DNA of 64,000 nt from Spirochaetia bacterium (GTDB lineage Bacteria; Spirochaetota; Spirochaetia; CAKZLE01): positions 1,920,001-1,984,000 of the forward strand of contig OY782041.1 in the NCBI GenBank assembly GCA_963677595.1, written 5' to 3'. The translations under genes and the position numbers were made by a program. Position 1 is the first letter of the stretch. Every line of letters starts with the position of its first letter. The notes under the pieces are model-generated. The model was given only the letters and a program-made list of their open reading frames with translations, was not told the origin of the DNA and ran no database searches. Below are positions 8,726 through 17,738 of this stretch, piece by piece.

Positions 8726-9868
8726 TCACAGGTTGCCCGACCACAACAGGTTGAGGAAGGAAGAGTGATGAAGGCAATGGATACCGTCGTCCGTGGTGCG
8801 GTCCAGGGGGTCAAGAGAGACGAGGTAGAAGGAGGAGAAGAGGCCCTCCTCCTGCAGGGCCCGCAGGCCCTTCAGGTGCTTCTTCGTTACCTTCCTTGAA
8901 GCTTTCACCTCGATCGCGGCCTGAGTCCCGATGAGGAAGTCCACTTCCATCCCTGTCCTGGTTCTCCAGTACCGCAGCGGCAGTCTGTTCCTGCTGTAGG
9001 AGATCCAGGCACGCAGTTCCATGGCAATGAACTGCTCGAAGGCCTTGCCATATTCACTCGAATCAGGCTGGAGTTGATGGTTGGACCGTAGGAAGTTCGC
9101 TACACCGGTATCGAAGAAGTAGAACTTCGGGGTCGCGACGGCTTTCCGCTTCTCTGATTCCTGCCAGCTCTCGAGGAAGAAGCCGAGGAAGGTATCTTCA
9201 AGGATGGAAAAATAAGAACGGACCGTACTGGCGGGAACCCCGGAATCACTGGCTATGTTCGCGAAATTCACTTGCTCTGTGTTGGCCTGACTGGCAGCCC
9301 TGAGGAACCGGTTAAACTGTACCTGCCGCTGTACCAGGGCCTCTGCCTGGATCTCCTCTCGCAGGTAGGTGTTGATATAGGCATCAAGCTCCTCCTCCGG
9401 TTCCCTGCTGGTATAGACCTGGGGTAAGCCTCCATACTGCAGGTAGCGTTCCAGGTCGAATGAGTCTATCTCATGTGAAGTGAGGGGGAAGAGGTTTGCC
9501 TGCCATGCCCTCCCTGCAAGGAGGTTCACTCCTGAACGCTTGAGCTTCCTGGCACTGGATCCGGTAAGGATGAAATGGGCATCAGTGGACTCTATCAGGT
9601 CGTGGATCTCATCTAGGAGTGCAGGGATCTTCTGGATCTCGTCTATGATGATGAGGGTGCCGGCTTCCAACTGGTCCCTGACAATATCCTGCAGCAGTGA
9701 CGGGTTCTCTGAGAGTGGGAGGTAGACCATGCTCGAGAGCAGGTTGATGATCTCCAGTTCAGGGAACTGTGTCTTCAGCAGTGTGGTCTTCCCGGTGCTG
9801 CGCGGCCCGAAGAGGAAGAAGGACTTATGCCCTGCCAGCTCTCTCATATCAAGGGTTCGTTGGTACAT
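8726..9868 (-). CDS. AAA_14 ATPase with C-terminal DUF4143 / PD-(D/E)XK-like domain
   Basis: Walker A 'GPRSTGKT', Walker B 'IIIDEIQ', 'LTGSS', 'LAGR', 'GGLP', 'KFYFFDTG', 'EVDF...IEVK'. Confidence 0.9.
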   Translation of the reverse strand: MYQRTLDMRELAGHKSFFLFGPRSTGKTTLLKTQFPELEIINLLSSMVYLPLSENPSLLQDIVRDQLEAGTLIIIDEIQKIPALLDEIHDLIESTDAHFILTGSSARKLKRSGVNLLAGRAWQANLFPLTSHEIDSFDLERYLQYGGLPQVYTSREPEEELDAYINTYLREEIQAEALVQRQVQFNRFLRAASQANTEQVNFANIASDSGVPASTVRSYFSILEDTFLGFFLESWQESEKRKAVATPKFYFFDTGVANFLRSNHQLQPDSSEYGKAFEQFIAMELRAWISYSRNRLPLRYWRTRTGMEVDFLIGTQAAIEVKASRKVTKKHLKGLRALQEEGLFSSFYLVSLDPLDRTTDDGIHCLHHSSFLNLLWSGNL

Positions 9869-9874
9869 ATCTCT

Positions 9875-9946
9875 AGTGTAAGACTGAAATGGTGAAATTC
9901 AACAGTCACTCTGCTGATTTTTATGCAAAATCAGCAGAGTGACTGT
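9875..9946 (-). promoter_or_regulatory. Sigma70-type promoter (probably leaderless) with adjacent perfect 20-bp inverted repeat
   Basis: Minus strand TTGAAT(9897-9902)-16 bp-TACACT(9875-9880)-6 nt-ATG; arms 9902-9921 and 9927-9946. Confidence 0.7.
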
Positions 9947-10045
9947 CGATAATACACATGTACATGGTTGGCAAGATGCTCCCTTGACCTTTCCTATCAA
10001 ATAGATTCAAATCATAGTAATTAGGATCAGCAGACTGGAGGAGCT

Positions 10046-10756
10046 ATGTCCCCGTTCATCATCATCAGTGCATCACTCGGTTATGCCGTAGAGAGTATCT
10101 TCGGCTTTGGCGGGTCGGTGATCACCTTCCTCCTGCTCACCACGAGCATCCCCTCAAAGGAAGCGGTGAGCATGCTGCCGGTCTTCGCACTGGTAGGGAG
10201 TCTCCTCGTCGTGTTGAGCGACCTGAAGTCTGTGAGATGGAAGGTGATCGGCAAGCTGTGCCTCTTTGCCGTACCCGGGCTCGTCCTCGGGACCCTCTTC
10301 ATGAGCTATGTCCCTGAGAAGACCTTCAATATCATCGTGTTAGCCATCATCTTCATCTACGGGGTCAACCTCATCATAGGCAGGGAGCCTGAGGTGCCCC
10401 AGGTCCTGCGAAAGCCCCTGTATACCCTGGCCGGGTTCGTCATGGGGGCAACGAGCATCGGGGTCTTCTTCATCCCGGTCATCGGGGCTGAGCTCGGGCA
10501 CCAGCGAGCTTACCGTGCATCCCTCGGCCTGCTGTGGACGAACACGGCGATCTGCCGGGTGCCCCTCTATTACCTGAACGGGGTGCTGACGGTTGAAGGG
10601 ATCGAGAGCTCGCTGATCGCTGCCCCCTTCCTCCTGGTCGCGATCATCCTCGGCTTCCTCGTCCACCGCATCATCCCCGAGTCTCATTACCGGCGCTATA
10701 TCGGGGCGGCTATCGTGCTGACAGCCGTGGTGAACCTCACTCGGATGTTCATCTGA
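10046..10756 (+). CDS. TauE/SafE (TSUP) family sulfite/anion exporter
   Basis: 236 aa hydrophobic protein with 'GFGGS' motif; RBS GGAGG. Confidence 0.8.
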   Translation: MSPFIIISASLGYAVESIFGFGGSVITFLLLTTSIPSKEAVSMLPVFALVGSLLVVLSDLKSVRWKVIGKLCLFAVPGLVLGTLFMSYVPEKTFNIIVLAIIFIYGVNLIIGREPEVPQVLRKPLYTLAGFVMGATSIGVFFIPVIGAELGHQRAYRASLGLLWTNTAICRVPLYYLNGVLTVEGIESSLIAAPFLLVAIILGFLVHRIIPESHYRRYIGAAIVLTAVVNLTRMFI

Positions 10757-10759
10757 AGT

Positions 10760-11854
10760 TCAGGTATCGATAGAGTAGGTAGAGAGGACCGTCCTGTGGG
10801 CTACCTTGAACAGGTCGGCATGCTCGATGAACACCTTGAGCAGCAGCGGGTCGAAGTGGTCGGGAGCTATCCTCCCATCCCCCTCTGCTATGATCCTGAC
10901 TGCCTCTTCATGGGTATAGGTATCATGGTAGGGCCGTTCACCGGTCAACGCATCATAGACATCCACCAACCCGACCACGCGTGCCTCGAAGGGGATCTGC
11001 GTTCCCCGCAGCCCGTAGGGGTAGCCCGAACCGTCCCACCGCTCATGGTGGTAGACGGTGATGTTCTCGGCTATCTCAAGGAAGTCATAGTTCTCATCAT
11101 CGTGGTTCCTGGTCTTTCTCAGGATCTCGCGTCCCAGGGTCGTATGCTGCTTGATGTTCGTGATGTCTACGGGTGTGAGTCCGGTATTCGAGGTCAGGAT
11201 CGTGTCCGGGATGGCGATCTTCCCGATATCGTGGAGGATGGAGGCCTGGATGATCTGTTCCCTGACCTCGGGGTCCAGGTAGAAGTCGGTCGTGTCGCAG
11301 AGGATATCAAGGAGGAGCTTGGTATAGGCCTGGGTGCGCAGCATATGGAGGCCGGTGGTAGAATCCCGGTAGGTGACAGCCACGGCAAGGCTGCGCAGGA
11401 GTGTCTCCTGCATCTTTCCCAGCGCTGCGTTCTTCCTGCTGATCTCCATCCTGAGATGGTGATGGAGGTCGTATGTCTCGAAATGCATCGCGATGCGCTT
11501 CAACACGAGGCTCGGGCTGATCTGCTTGAGGATGTAGTCATCAGCCCCGAGCTGCAGGCCGTACTCTTCGTCCCTGCTCGAACCCAGGCCGGTGATGAAG
11601 ATGACGATGATATCCTTGAGATCGGCAGACGAGCGTATCTCCCGGCATACCTCGTACCCGCTCATCCCGGGCAGCTCCACATCGAGGAGCACCATGTCTA
11701 CAGGCCTGGCCTGCAGCTGCTGCAGCGCCTCTTCCCCGGAGAAGGCTACCCTGATGGTATAGTGCTCCGAGAGAAGCGAGGTGAGCAGGGCGACCAGCGG
11801 TTTCTGGTCATCGACGATCAGGATAGACGGTCTTCTTGGGTCATTCAATTCCAT
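10760..11854 (-). CDS. Response regulator with HD-GYP phosphodiesterase domain (RpfG-like)
   Basis: REC 'LIVDD...LLDVELP'; 'LHDIGK', 'HHERWDGSGYP', 'DVYDAL'. Confidence 0.92.
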   Translation of the reverse strand: MELNDPRRPSILIVDDQKPLVALLTSLLSEHYTIRVAFSGEEALQQLQARPVDMVLLDVELPGMSGYEVCREIRSSADLKDIIVIFITGLGSSRDEEYGLQLGADDYILKQISPSLVLKRIAMHFETYDLHHHLRMEISRKNAALGKMQETLLRSLAVAVTYRDSTTGLHMLRTQAYTKLLLDILCDTTDFYLDPEVREQIIQASILHDIGKIAIPDTILTSNTGLTPVDITNIKQHTTLGREILRKTRNHDDENYDFLEIAENITVYHHERWDGSGYPYGLRGTQIPFEARVVGLVDVYDALTGERPYHDTYTHEEAVRIIAEGDGRIAPDHFDPLLLKVFIEHADLFKVAHRTVLSTYSIDT

Positions 11855-14800
11855 ACCTCGCTGTAAGGATATCGTTGAGTTCGCTGCAGACCTTCAGGGC
11901 TGCTGAGAACTCATATGCTGCGATGTGTGCCTGCAGGCGCTTGGTGATTCCCTGCAGTTCCCCAGGCAGCCTGTACTGCATAAGCTGTCCCAGCTTTTCC
12001 ATGCTTCCCACAGGATCCTGCAGGCCCAGGTCCTCGATCAGCCCGGCGCAGACCAGGACGACAGCTCCGTCCGGTTCCCTGTCGGGAATGGGGAGTTCTC
12101 CCTGCTGCATGGTTGCCGGGGAGGTGCCCAGCTGTTTGCGGTAGGTACCGAATGCATTCGCTGAATCCTCGAGACAGAACCGCAGGTCGACAAGTCTGCC
12201 CTCCCAATCGGAGACCTCCGGGAAGTCTGACCGTAGGGTTGTCTCAAGCTCTCCCAGCAGCTGCGCATAGGAGGTAAGGCCAAGATTCGACGCGACGCCC
12301 CTGGTCCCGTGCAGGAGCCTGGCGGTCTGTCCCGGCTCCTGCCCAAGCAAGCTCTCCCTGAGGTCCTTGATGAAACCCTCCTGCTCATTCAGGTAGTCAG
12401 AGGTGACTTTCAGGAAGAGCAGGCGATTGCTGCCGAATCGCTTCAGCCCGGCATCAAGATCGGTCTTGACTGTATCAGCGGCTTCCTGCGCATGAGGACC
12501 GGGAGCTTGGCCAGCCTGTCCCAGCAGGGTCCGGTCGAGGAGGGAGACAAGCTGTTCCGGGTCGACGGGTTTCGGGACGAACCCCTCGACTGACTGCTTC
12601 AGCTGCTCCATCCTCTGCGATACCAGCAGGTCTGCAGAGAGTATGAGGATCCTGAGGTTCCGAAGGCGATCCTGCTTCCTGATCCTCTCTATGACCTCGA
12701 ACCCGTCCATGTCAGGCATCTGGATATCGAGAAGCAGGAGGTCGAACCTCCGGTACTTGAGGATGTTCAGGGCAGCTGCTCCGGAGTCTGTCGAATGTAC
12801 CGTGTATCCCTGGGCCTGCAGCAGCTCCTCCAGCATGAGCCTGCCCACCCTGTGGTCATCACAGACGAGGATATGCTTCCCCCTCCGCTGCATCATGACC
12901 CGGCTCTTCCCGGTATCTTTGGAGGGGAGTCCCCTATCCTTCCGGGGGGCTTCCCGCTTCTTCAGGCATAGCTGTATGGCGGTGATGAGGTCCCGGTGGA
13001 GGAAGGGCTTGGGGAGGGTGACGAACCTGGTGGAGTTGATGATCCGGTAGATGTCCTGCTCCACAACGAGTCGTGTGGTAAGGAGGATCATGTAGTTTTG
13101 GTGTATGATCTCCTCCACACGTGTCCGGTCCTTGATATACTCATTGAACAGGCGCCCCCATTCGATGATGATCAGTGAGTCCTCCGGTTCATAGTCACAA
13201 CTCTCGTGCGGGGAGTAGGGGATCGCCAGGTCAGAACATATCCTCCTGACCAGTGCCTCCTGGGGTTCTGACAGGAGACAGCCCCATACCCCGGGCAGGT
13301 CTTGCTGCAGGTCATCAGTCAGTCGCTTCTCCTGCAGATGGGCAGGATCAAGAGCCGGCAGGGAGACGGTGAAGGTCGACCCTTCGCCCTCATGGCTCTC
13401 TAATGAGAGCCGGCCTCCCATCCTGTCTATCAGGTTGGTGCAGATCGACAAGCCGAGCCCGGTGCCGCCGTACGTGCGGGTCGTGCTGGCATCGGCCTGC
13501 ACGAATGGCTGGAAGATCTTCTGCCTGACAGCCTCGGACATGCCGATGCCGGTATCCTCGACGATGAAGTCGATCATGTCAGTTTGGTTCGGGGTTCTCT
13601 TCACCTCAAGCCTGATGAAGCCCCGGTCAGTGAACTTCACGGCATTCGAGAGCAGGTTCGTGAGAACCTGCAGGATCCTGAAGGAGTCTCCGAACAGGTG
13701 TCCCGGGACATCAGGGGCTATATAGATGGAGAAGTCGAGCTTCTTGATCGCGATCCTGACGCCGAAGGAATCGATGATCGTGTTGATGAACGGCTCGAGC
13801 AGGAAGGGGATCCGCTCGATCTCGAGCCGGTCAGCCCTGATCTTCGTCAGGTCAAGGATATTCGTCACTGTCTGTAGCAGGATATGGGCGGCACTGTCAA
13901 GCCGTTCGAGGTAGGACCGCTGCTGGGTGTCGAGATCGGTCATCGAGAGGAGCTTCTGGATCCCCATCATGGTGTTGATGGGGGTCCTGATCTCATGACT
14001 GACCATGGCCAGGAAGTCGGACTGGGTCTTCACGGCAGCCTCGGCCCGGTTTCGCTCCTCGATGAGCAGCTGCTCGGTCTCCTTCAGGTGTGTGATGTCA
14101 GTCAGGGTGCCGAGCATGCGGGCAGGGGCCATATGTTCATCGAAGGCGGAGACTCGTCCGGAGAGCATGACCCAGATGTAGGAGCTGTCCTCCTTCCTGA
14201 TCCTGAACTCAGTCGAGAGCCTCGTCTCACGGTTCTCCGGGAGCATGCTGAAGGTCCTGATGACCCGGTCCCGGTCATCGGGGTGGCAGATCGAGAGGAA
14301 CCGCTCACGGTTCGGGTCGGGGTAGTGTTCCCCCTCATACCCGAGGCTGGACCTGAACCGGTCATTGAGCTGGATACGGTCCTGTACGATGTCCCAGTCC
14401 CAGGTCCCGGTCTCGGTATACTCGATAATGCTCTCTATATAGGCCTTCTGCTCCTGTATCTTCCTCTTGGCAGCGATCTCCTCACTGATATCGGTGAAGG
14501 TGATGATGATGTAGGGTGAGGTGATATGCTGCACCAGGGAGGCCATGACCAGACACTGGGCAGCCTCCCTGTCAGTCCTGCGCAGCGGGGTCTGTGTCGA
14601 GTAGACACCGTCCTTCATCGTCCGCTCGATGAGGAGGGACTCTGCCTCGGGATCGATGAAGAGGCTGACCGACTCCGTGGTCCTGCCAATGATCGTGTCA
14701 GGGCGGTATCCGAGGACCCGCTCGAAGGCGGAGTTTATGTTCACATACTCTTTCGTCTCCCCGTTTATGAGGGCGATCGGGGAAGGGAGCTGCTCGAAGA

Positions 14801-15716
14801 GGGTGTCGAACATGTTGATGGCTGTCTGCTGGAGGGTCAGGTCCTTCGATACGAAGAACCATGCCTCCCTGCCGTTCCAGGTCCCCTTCCAGAGCCTCGA
14901 TTCAACGGGGATGTATGACCCGTCCTTCCCGAGCAGCGGGATGTTGCTGACATCCCTCGTGCCTGCCTCCATACCGCTGAGGATGGCGGCGGCCTCACTC
15001 CGGTACTCCCCCGGATGGTAGTCGAGCAGGGTCAGGTCGGCGCCTTCGGGATAGGAAACGAGCTTCTCCCCTACGACGTCGTTGGCATACAGCAGGTCCC
15101 CGTCAGGATCTGAGACGAAGATGAAGTTGATGATCGATTTGAAGAAAGCCTTGAAGTTCTGCTCGCTCTCCTGCAGGGACTTTCCCAGGCTCTCCTGCTC
15201 GTACAGGGAGGCGATGATCCCTGCGACTGTCTGGATCGTCTTCACCACATACGGGTCCCATACACGTTCAGAGATACAGTCCTCGAAGCCGATGAACCCG
15301 TCAATATAGTCCGTATGTTCGAACCGGATCACCAGGATGGACTTGACGCCCTGAGGGGAGAGGGTCTCCCTGATCCGCTGTGGAAGCTGTTCAAGGGTGC
15401 TCTCACAGACTATCTCCTGCTCCCTCAGCAGCTCGACCCATGGGTGCATATCGTCATAGGGGACCTCCTGCAGCTGCCTGATCCGGGACTCGATCCCGGC
15501 GGCACACCACTCGAAGGTATTGGAGGAGGAGAGCCGGAGGGTCTCATACTCGAAGATCGCCACCCTGCTGACTTGGAGGTATCCCCCGATCCTCCCCAGG
15601 ATGGAATCGATCTTATCGGTGAAATTGATACTGCTGGTGGCGATCCCCGTGACCCTGGTGAGGAGTTCCTGTCCCTCTTCCAGTATCGTGATGATCGCCT
15701 CTTTATCAGTCGGCAT
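11841..15716 (-). CDS. Hybrid sensor histidine kinase (GAF-PASx3-HisKA-HATPase-REC-Hpt)
   Basis: 'SHEIRTP', 'NLLSNAVKFT', 'DTGIG', 'GGTGLGL', 'LLDIQMP', Hpt 'LHGTRGVASNLG'. Confidence 0.93.
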   Translation of the reverse strand: MPTDKEAIITILEEGQELLTRVTGIATSSINFTDKIDSILGRIGGYLQVSRVAIFEYETLRLSSSNTFEWCAAGIESRIRQLQEVPYDDMHPWVELLREQEIVCESTLEQLPQRIRETLSPQGVKSILVIRFEHTDYIDGFIGFEDCISERVWDPYVVKTIQTVAGIIASLYEQESLGKSLQESEQNFKAFFKSIINFIFVSDPDGDLLYANDVVGEKLVSYPEGADLTLLDYHPGEYRSEAAAILSGMEAGTRDVSNIPLLGKDGSYIPVESRLWKGTWNGREAWFFVSKDLTLQQTAINMFDTLFEQLPSPIALINGETKEYVNINSAFERVLGYRPDTIIGRTTESVSLFIDPEAESLLIERTMKDGVYSTQTPLRRTDREAAQCLVMASLVQHITSPYIIITFTDISEEIAAKRKIQEQKAYIESIIEYTETGTWDWDIVQDRIQLNDRFRSSLGYEGEHYPDPNRERFLSICHPDDRDRVIRTFSMLPENRETRLSTEFRIRKEDSSYIWVMLSGRVSAFDEHMAPARMLGTLTDITHLKETEQLLIEERNRAEAAVKTQSDFLAMVSHEIRTPINTMMGIQKLLSMTDLDTQQRSYLERLDSAAHILLQTVTNILDLTKIRADRLEIERIPFLLEPFINTIIDSFGVRIAIKKLDFSIYIAPDVPGHLFGDSFRILQVLTNLLSNAVKFTDRGFIRLEVKRTPNQTDMIDFIVEDTGIGMSEAVRQKIFQPFVQADASTTRTYGGTGLGLSICTNLIDRMGGRLSLESHEGEGSTFTVSLPALDPAHLQEKRLTDDLQQDLPGVWGCLLSEPQEALVRRICSDLAIPYSPHESCDYEPEDSLIIIEWGRLFNEYIKDRTRVEEIIHQNYMILLTTRLVVEQDIYRIINSTRFVTLPKPFLHRDLITAIQLCLKKREAPRKDRGLPSKDTGKSRVMMQRRGKHILVCDDHRVGRLMLEELLQAQGYTVHSTDSGAAALNILKYRRFDLLLLDIQMPDMDGFEVIERIRKQDRLRNLRILILSADLLVSQRMEQLKQSVEGFVPKPVDPEQLVSLLDRTLLGQAGQAPGPHAQEAADTVKTDLDAGLKRFGSNRLLFLKVTSDYLNEQEGFIKDLRESLLGQEPGQTARLLHGTRGVASNLGLTSYAQLLGELETTLRSDFPEVSDWEGRLVDLRFCLEDSANAFGTYRKQLGTSPATMQQGELPIPDREPDGAVVLVCAGLIEDLGLQDPVGSMEKLGQLMQYRLPGELQGITKRLQAHIAAYEFSAALKVCSELNDILTARYGIE

Positions 15717-15778
15717 AGCCCCCCTGCCTCCGATATCCTGTCGGGAACCCGCCCCGTGGGACCGTACCCGGTGGTATG

Positions 15779-15834
15779 ATCATATCATGGGAGACCGTCG
15801 GGGCGGTGTAGGAATGCTGGTAACCGCTGTAGGC
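15779..15834 (-). promoter_or_regulatory. Putative activated promoter of the kinase gene with tandem (T/G)CCTACA boxes
   Basis: Minus-strand TGnTATGAT (-10 at 15779-84); plus-strand TGTAGGA 15807-13 and TGTAGGC 15828-34. Confidence 0.45.
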
Positions 15835-15836
15835 TT

Positions 15837-16493
15837 TCAGGAGTGATCAGGGACGAACCCCTTCTCCATCCCGATCCTGACGAGTTCGACCAGGTTCCCA
15901 GCCCCCAGTTTCTCCATGAGTCTTCGCTTGTAGGTGCTGACCGTCTTGACCGAACAGCCCATCTCGTAGGCGATCTCCTTGTTGGCATAGCCGGTGCAGA
16001 TGTAGCGGAACACGGTAAGCTCATTCCCGGAGAGCTCCCTGGTATCCCGTGTCGGTGCAGTCGCGGCATCTGCCGGTGTCCCTTCCCTCAGGTACCCTGA
16101 TGCCTTCGGTGTGAGGTATATCCCCCCGTGCATGACTGACCGGACCGCCTCAAGGAGGGAAGCGACGGTGAAGTCCTTGGGGAGGAAGCCGGATGCCCCT
16201 GATCGCACAGCCTGTACAGCGAACTCCTCTTCCGGGGATGAACTCAAGATGATGACCTTCGTCCTCTGCAGTCGGCCCTGCAGCTTCTCGAGGAGGCTGA
16301 GCCCGCTGGAATCGGGAAGGCTGAGGTCGAGCAGCAGGATATCGACGGTATCGTCGATCTTGCTGATGGAATCCAGCACTTCCTGCGCACTCGTGAGCTC
16401 AAGGACGCAGTCCATAGCCGGTTCCTGCTCCAGCAGTGACCGCAGCCCGAGGCGGATGAGTTCATGGTCATCTACGATACCGACCGATACCAT
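15837..16493 (-). CDS. NarL/LuxR-family response regulator (UvrY/FimZ-like)
   Basis: 'IVDDHELIR', 'LLDLSLP', HTH 'NKEIAYEMGCSVKTVSTYKRRLMEKL'. Confidence 0.92.
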   Translation of the reverse strand: MVSVGIVDDHELIRLGLRSLLEQEPAMDCVLELTSAQEVLDSISKIDDTVDILLLDLSLPDSSGLSLLEKLQGRLQRTKVIILSSSPEEEFAVQAVRSGASGFLPKDFTVASLLEAVRSVMHGGIYLTPKASGYLREGTPADAATAPTRDTRELSGNELTVFRYICTGYANKEIAYEMGCSVKTVSTYKRRLMEKLGAGNLVELVRIGMEKGFVPDHS

Positions 16494-16569
16494 TGGTCCC
16501 CCTTACTCACAAAGTATAGCATCTGCATGTCTGATTATGAAGGTATGGGTGATCATAATAGTCATGAAT

Positions 16570-16713
16570 GGCGGTCAGGGGCAGGTCTCGCACCGTCTGG
16601 GATGACGGAAACCAGGCTGCTGCATGGGGGTGCACCTGCCTGGAACAGAGGAAACTGACGTCCTGCCCCTTACCACCCGTCCCGACCGAAACGATCTCTG
16701 CTTGGGGAAAGCA
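16570..16713. ncRNA. Candidate structured RNA (multi-stem junction with GGA-containing loops)
   Basis: Closing helix 16570-85/16662-77 enclosing three hairpins, plus hairpin 16699-16713; folded by hand, matches no family I recognise. Confidence 0.35.
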
Positions 16714-16827
16714 CACTGCCGCTACTCATTACTCATATCCGGCTCGAATGGTCTGGACACGATGAAGTATACCGCAAAACGCCTCCCGCTTGCTGTAGGA
16801 TTTGTGGAACTGCTGTAGGAATGTAAG

Positions 16828-17724
16828 TCAGCTCAGGGGTGTGAACGAGCCCTCGATCTCGGAGAGGAAGGGGATCGATCCCATCGCCCCCGGGCGAGAG
16901 ACGGTCACTGAAGAAGCATAGGTCGCCTCGTACATCGACTGCTCCACGCTCTTGCCCTTGGTGAATCCTGCGAGGAAATAGCCGAAGAAGGTATCCCCTG
17001 CTGCGGTCGTATCCACGACGGGGGAGTCAATGATCGGCTGGAAGTGGCGTACGGCACCCTTCCCGTACTTTGCGCCTGCCTTGCCCAGGGTCAGGAGGAT
17101 GTGGACATCGGGGTAGAACTCGGTGAGCCGGTCGAGGATCTCGTCGAAACTCCCAGAGATGCCCGCGAGGGCCTCTCCCTCGAGTTCGTTGACGATGAGC
17201 AGCTCGAGCTTCTCGAGCGGCCACCCCTTGATGTTGTCGGTGAAGGGGGCAGGGTTGAGGCAAATCTTCATCCCCTTCTTCGCTGCCTCGTCGATGATGT
17301 AGGGGATCTCGTTGATCTCGTTCTGGAGGACGAGGTAGTCCCCTTCAGTGAAATTACCGAGCACCTCGTCGATCTCCTCACGGGTGTTCTGCGTGTTCCC
17401 GCCGCTGAAGAGGATGATGGAGTTCTGCCCCTGCGGGGTCACCTGGATGATCGTATGGCCGGTTGGGCCGTCATAGGTATGCATATATTCGGTATGGGCA
17501 CCGGCTTCTGTCAGGATATCGAGCACCCAGCCGGCATCCTCCCCGATCTTCCCGGCCATCCAGATCTCTGCCCCGGCTTTCGCGATGGCGACTGCCTGGT
17601 TGGCCCCCTTGCCGCCGGGATGGTCGGCGGGGTTCCCCCCGTGCAGTGTCTCCCCAGGCAGGATGATGTGGGGGACGGGATAGACATGGTCAATATTCAG
17701 TGAACCGTAATTCAGGATCTTCAT
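16828..17724 (-). CDS. rbsK: Ribokinase (PfkB family)
   Basis: 'GSLNID', 'GGKGANQAVA', 'LQNEI', 'DTTAAGDTF'. Confidence 0.88.
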   Translation of the reverse strand: MKILNYGSLNIDHVYPVPHIILPGETLHGGNPADHPGGKGANQAVAIAKAGAEIWMAGKIGEDAGWVLDILTEAGAHTEYMHTYDGPTGHTIIQVTPQGQNSIILFSGGNTQNTREEIDEVLGNFTEGDYLVLQNEINEIPYIIDEAAKKGMKICLNPAPFTDNIKGWPLEKLELLIVNELEGEALAGISGSFDEILDRLTEFYPDVHILLTLGKAGAKYGKGAVRHFQPIIDSPVVDTTAAGDTFFGYFLAGFTKGKSVEQSMYEATYASSVTVSRPGAMGSIPFLSEIEGSFTPLS

Positions 17725-17738
17725 AGGGTATCCTCCTT

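Noticed and set aside
16570-16680. yybP-ykoY (Mn) or c-di-GMP riboswitch
   Set aside because: The minus strand has CGTCATC and GCGAGACC, but the GGGGAGTAG core and GEMM motifs are missing; kept only as an unassigned structured RNA.
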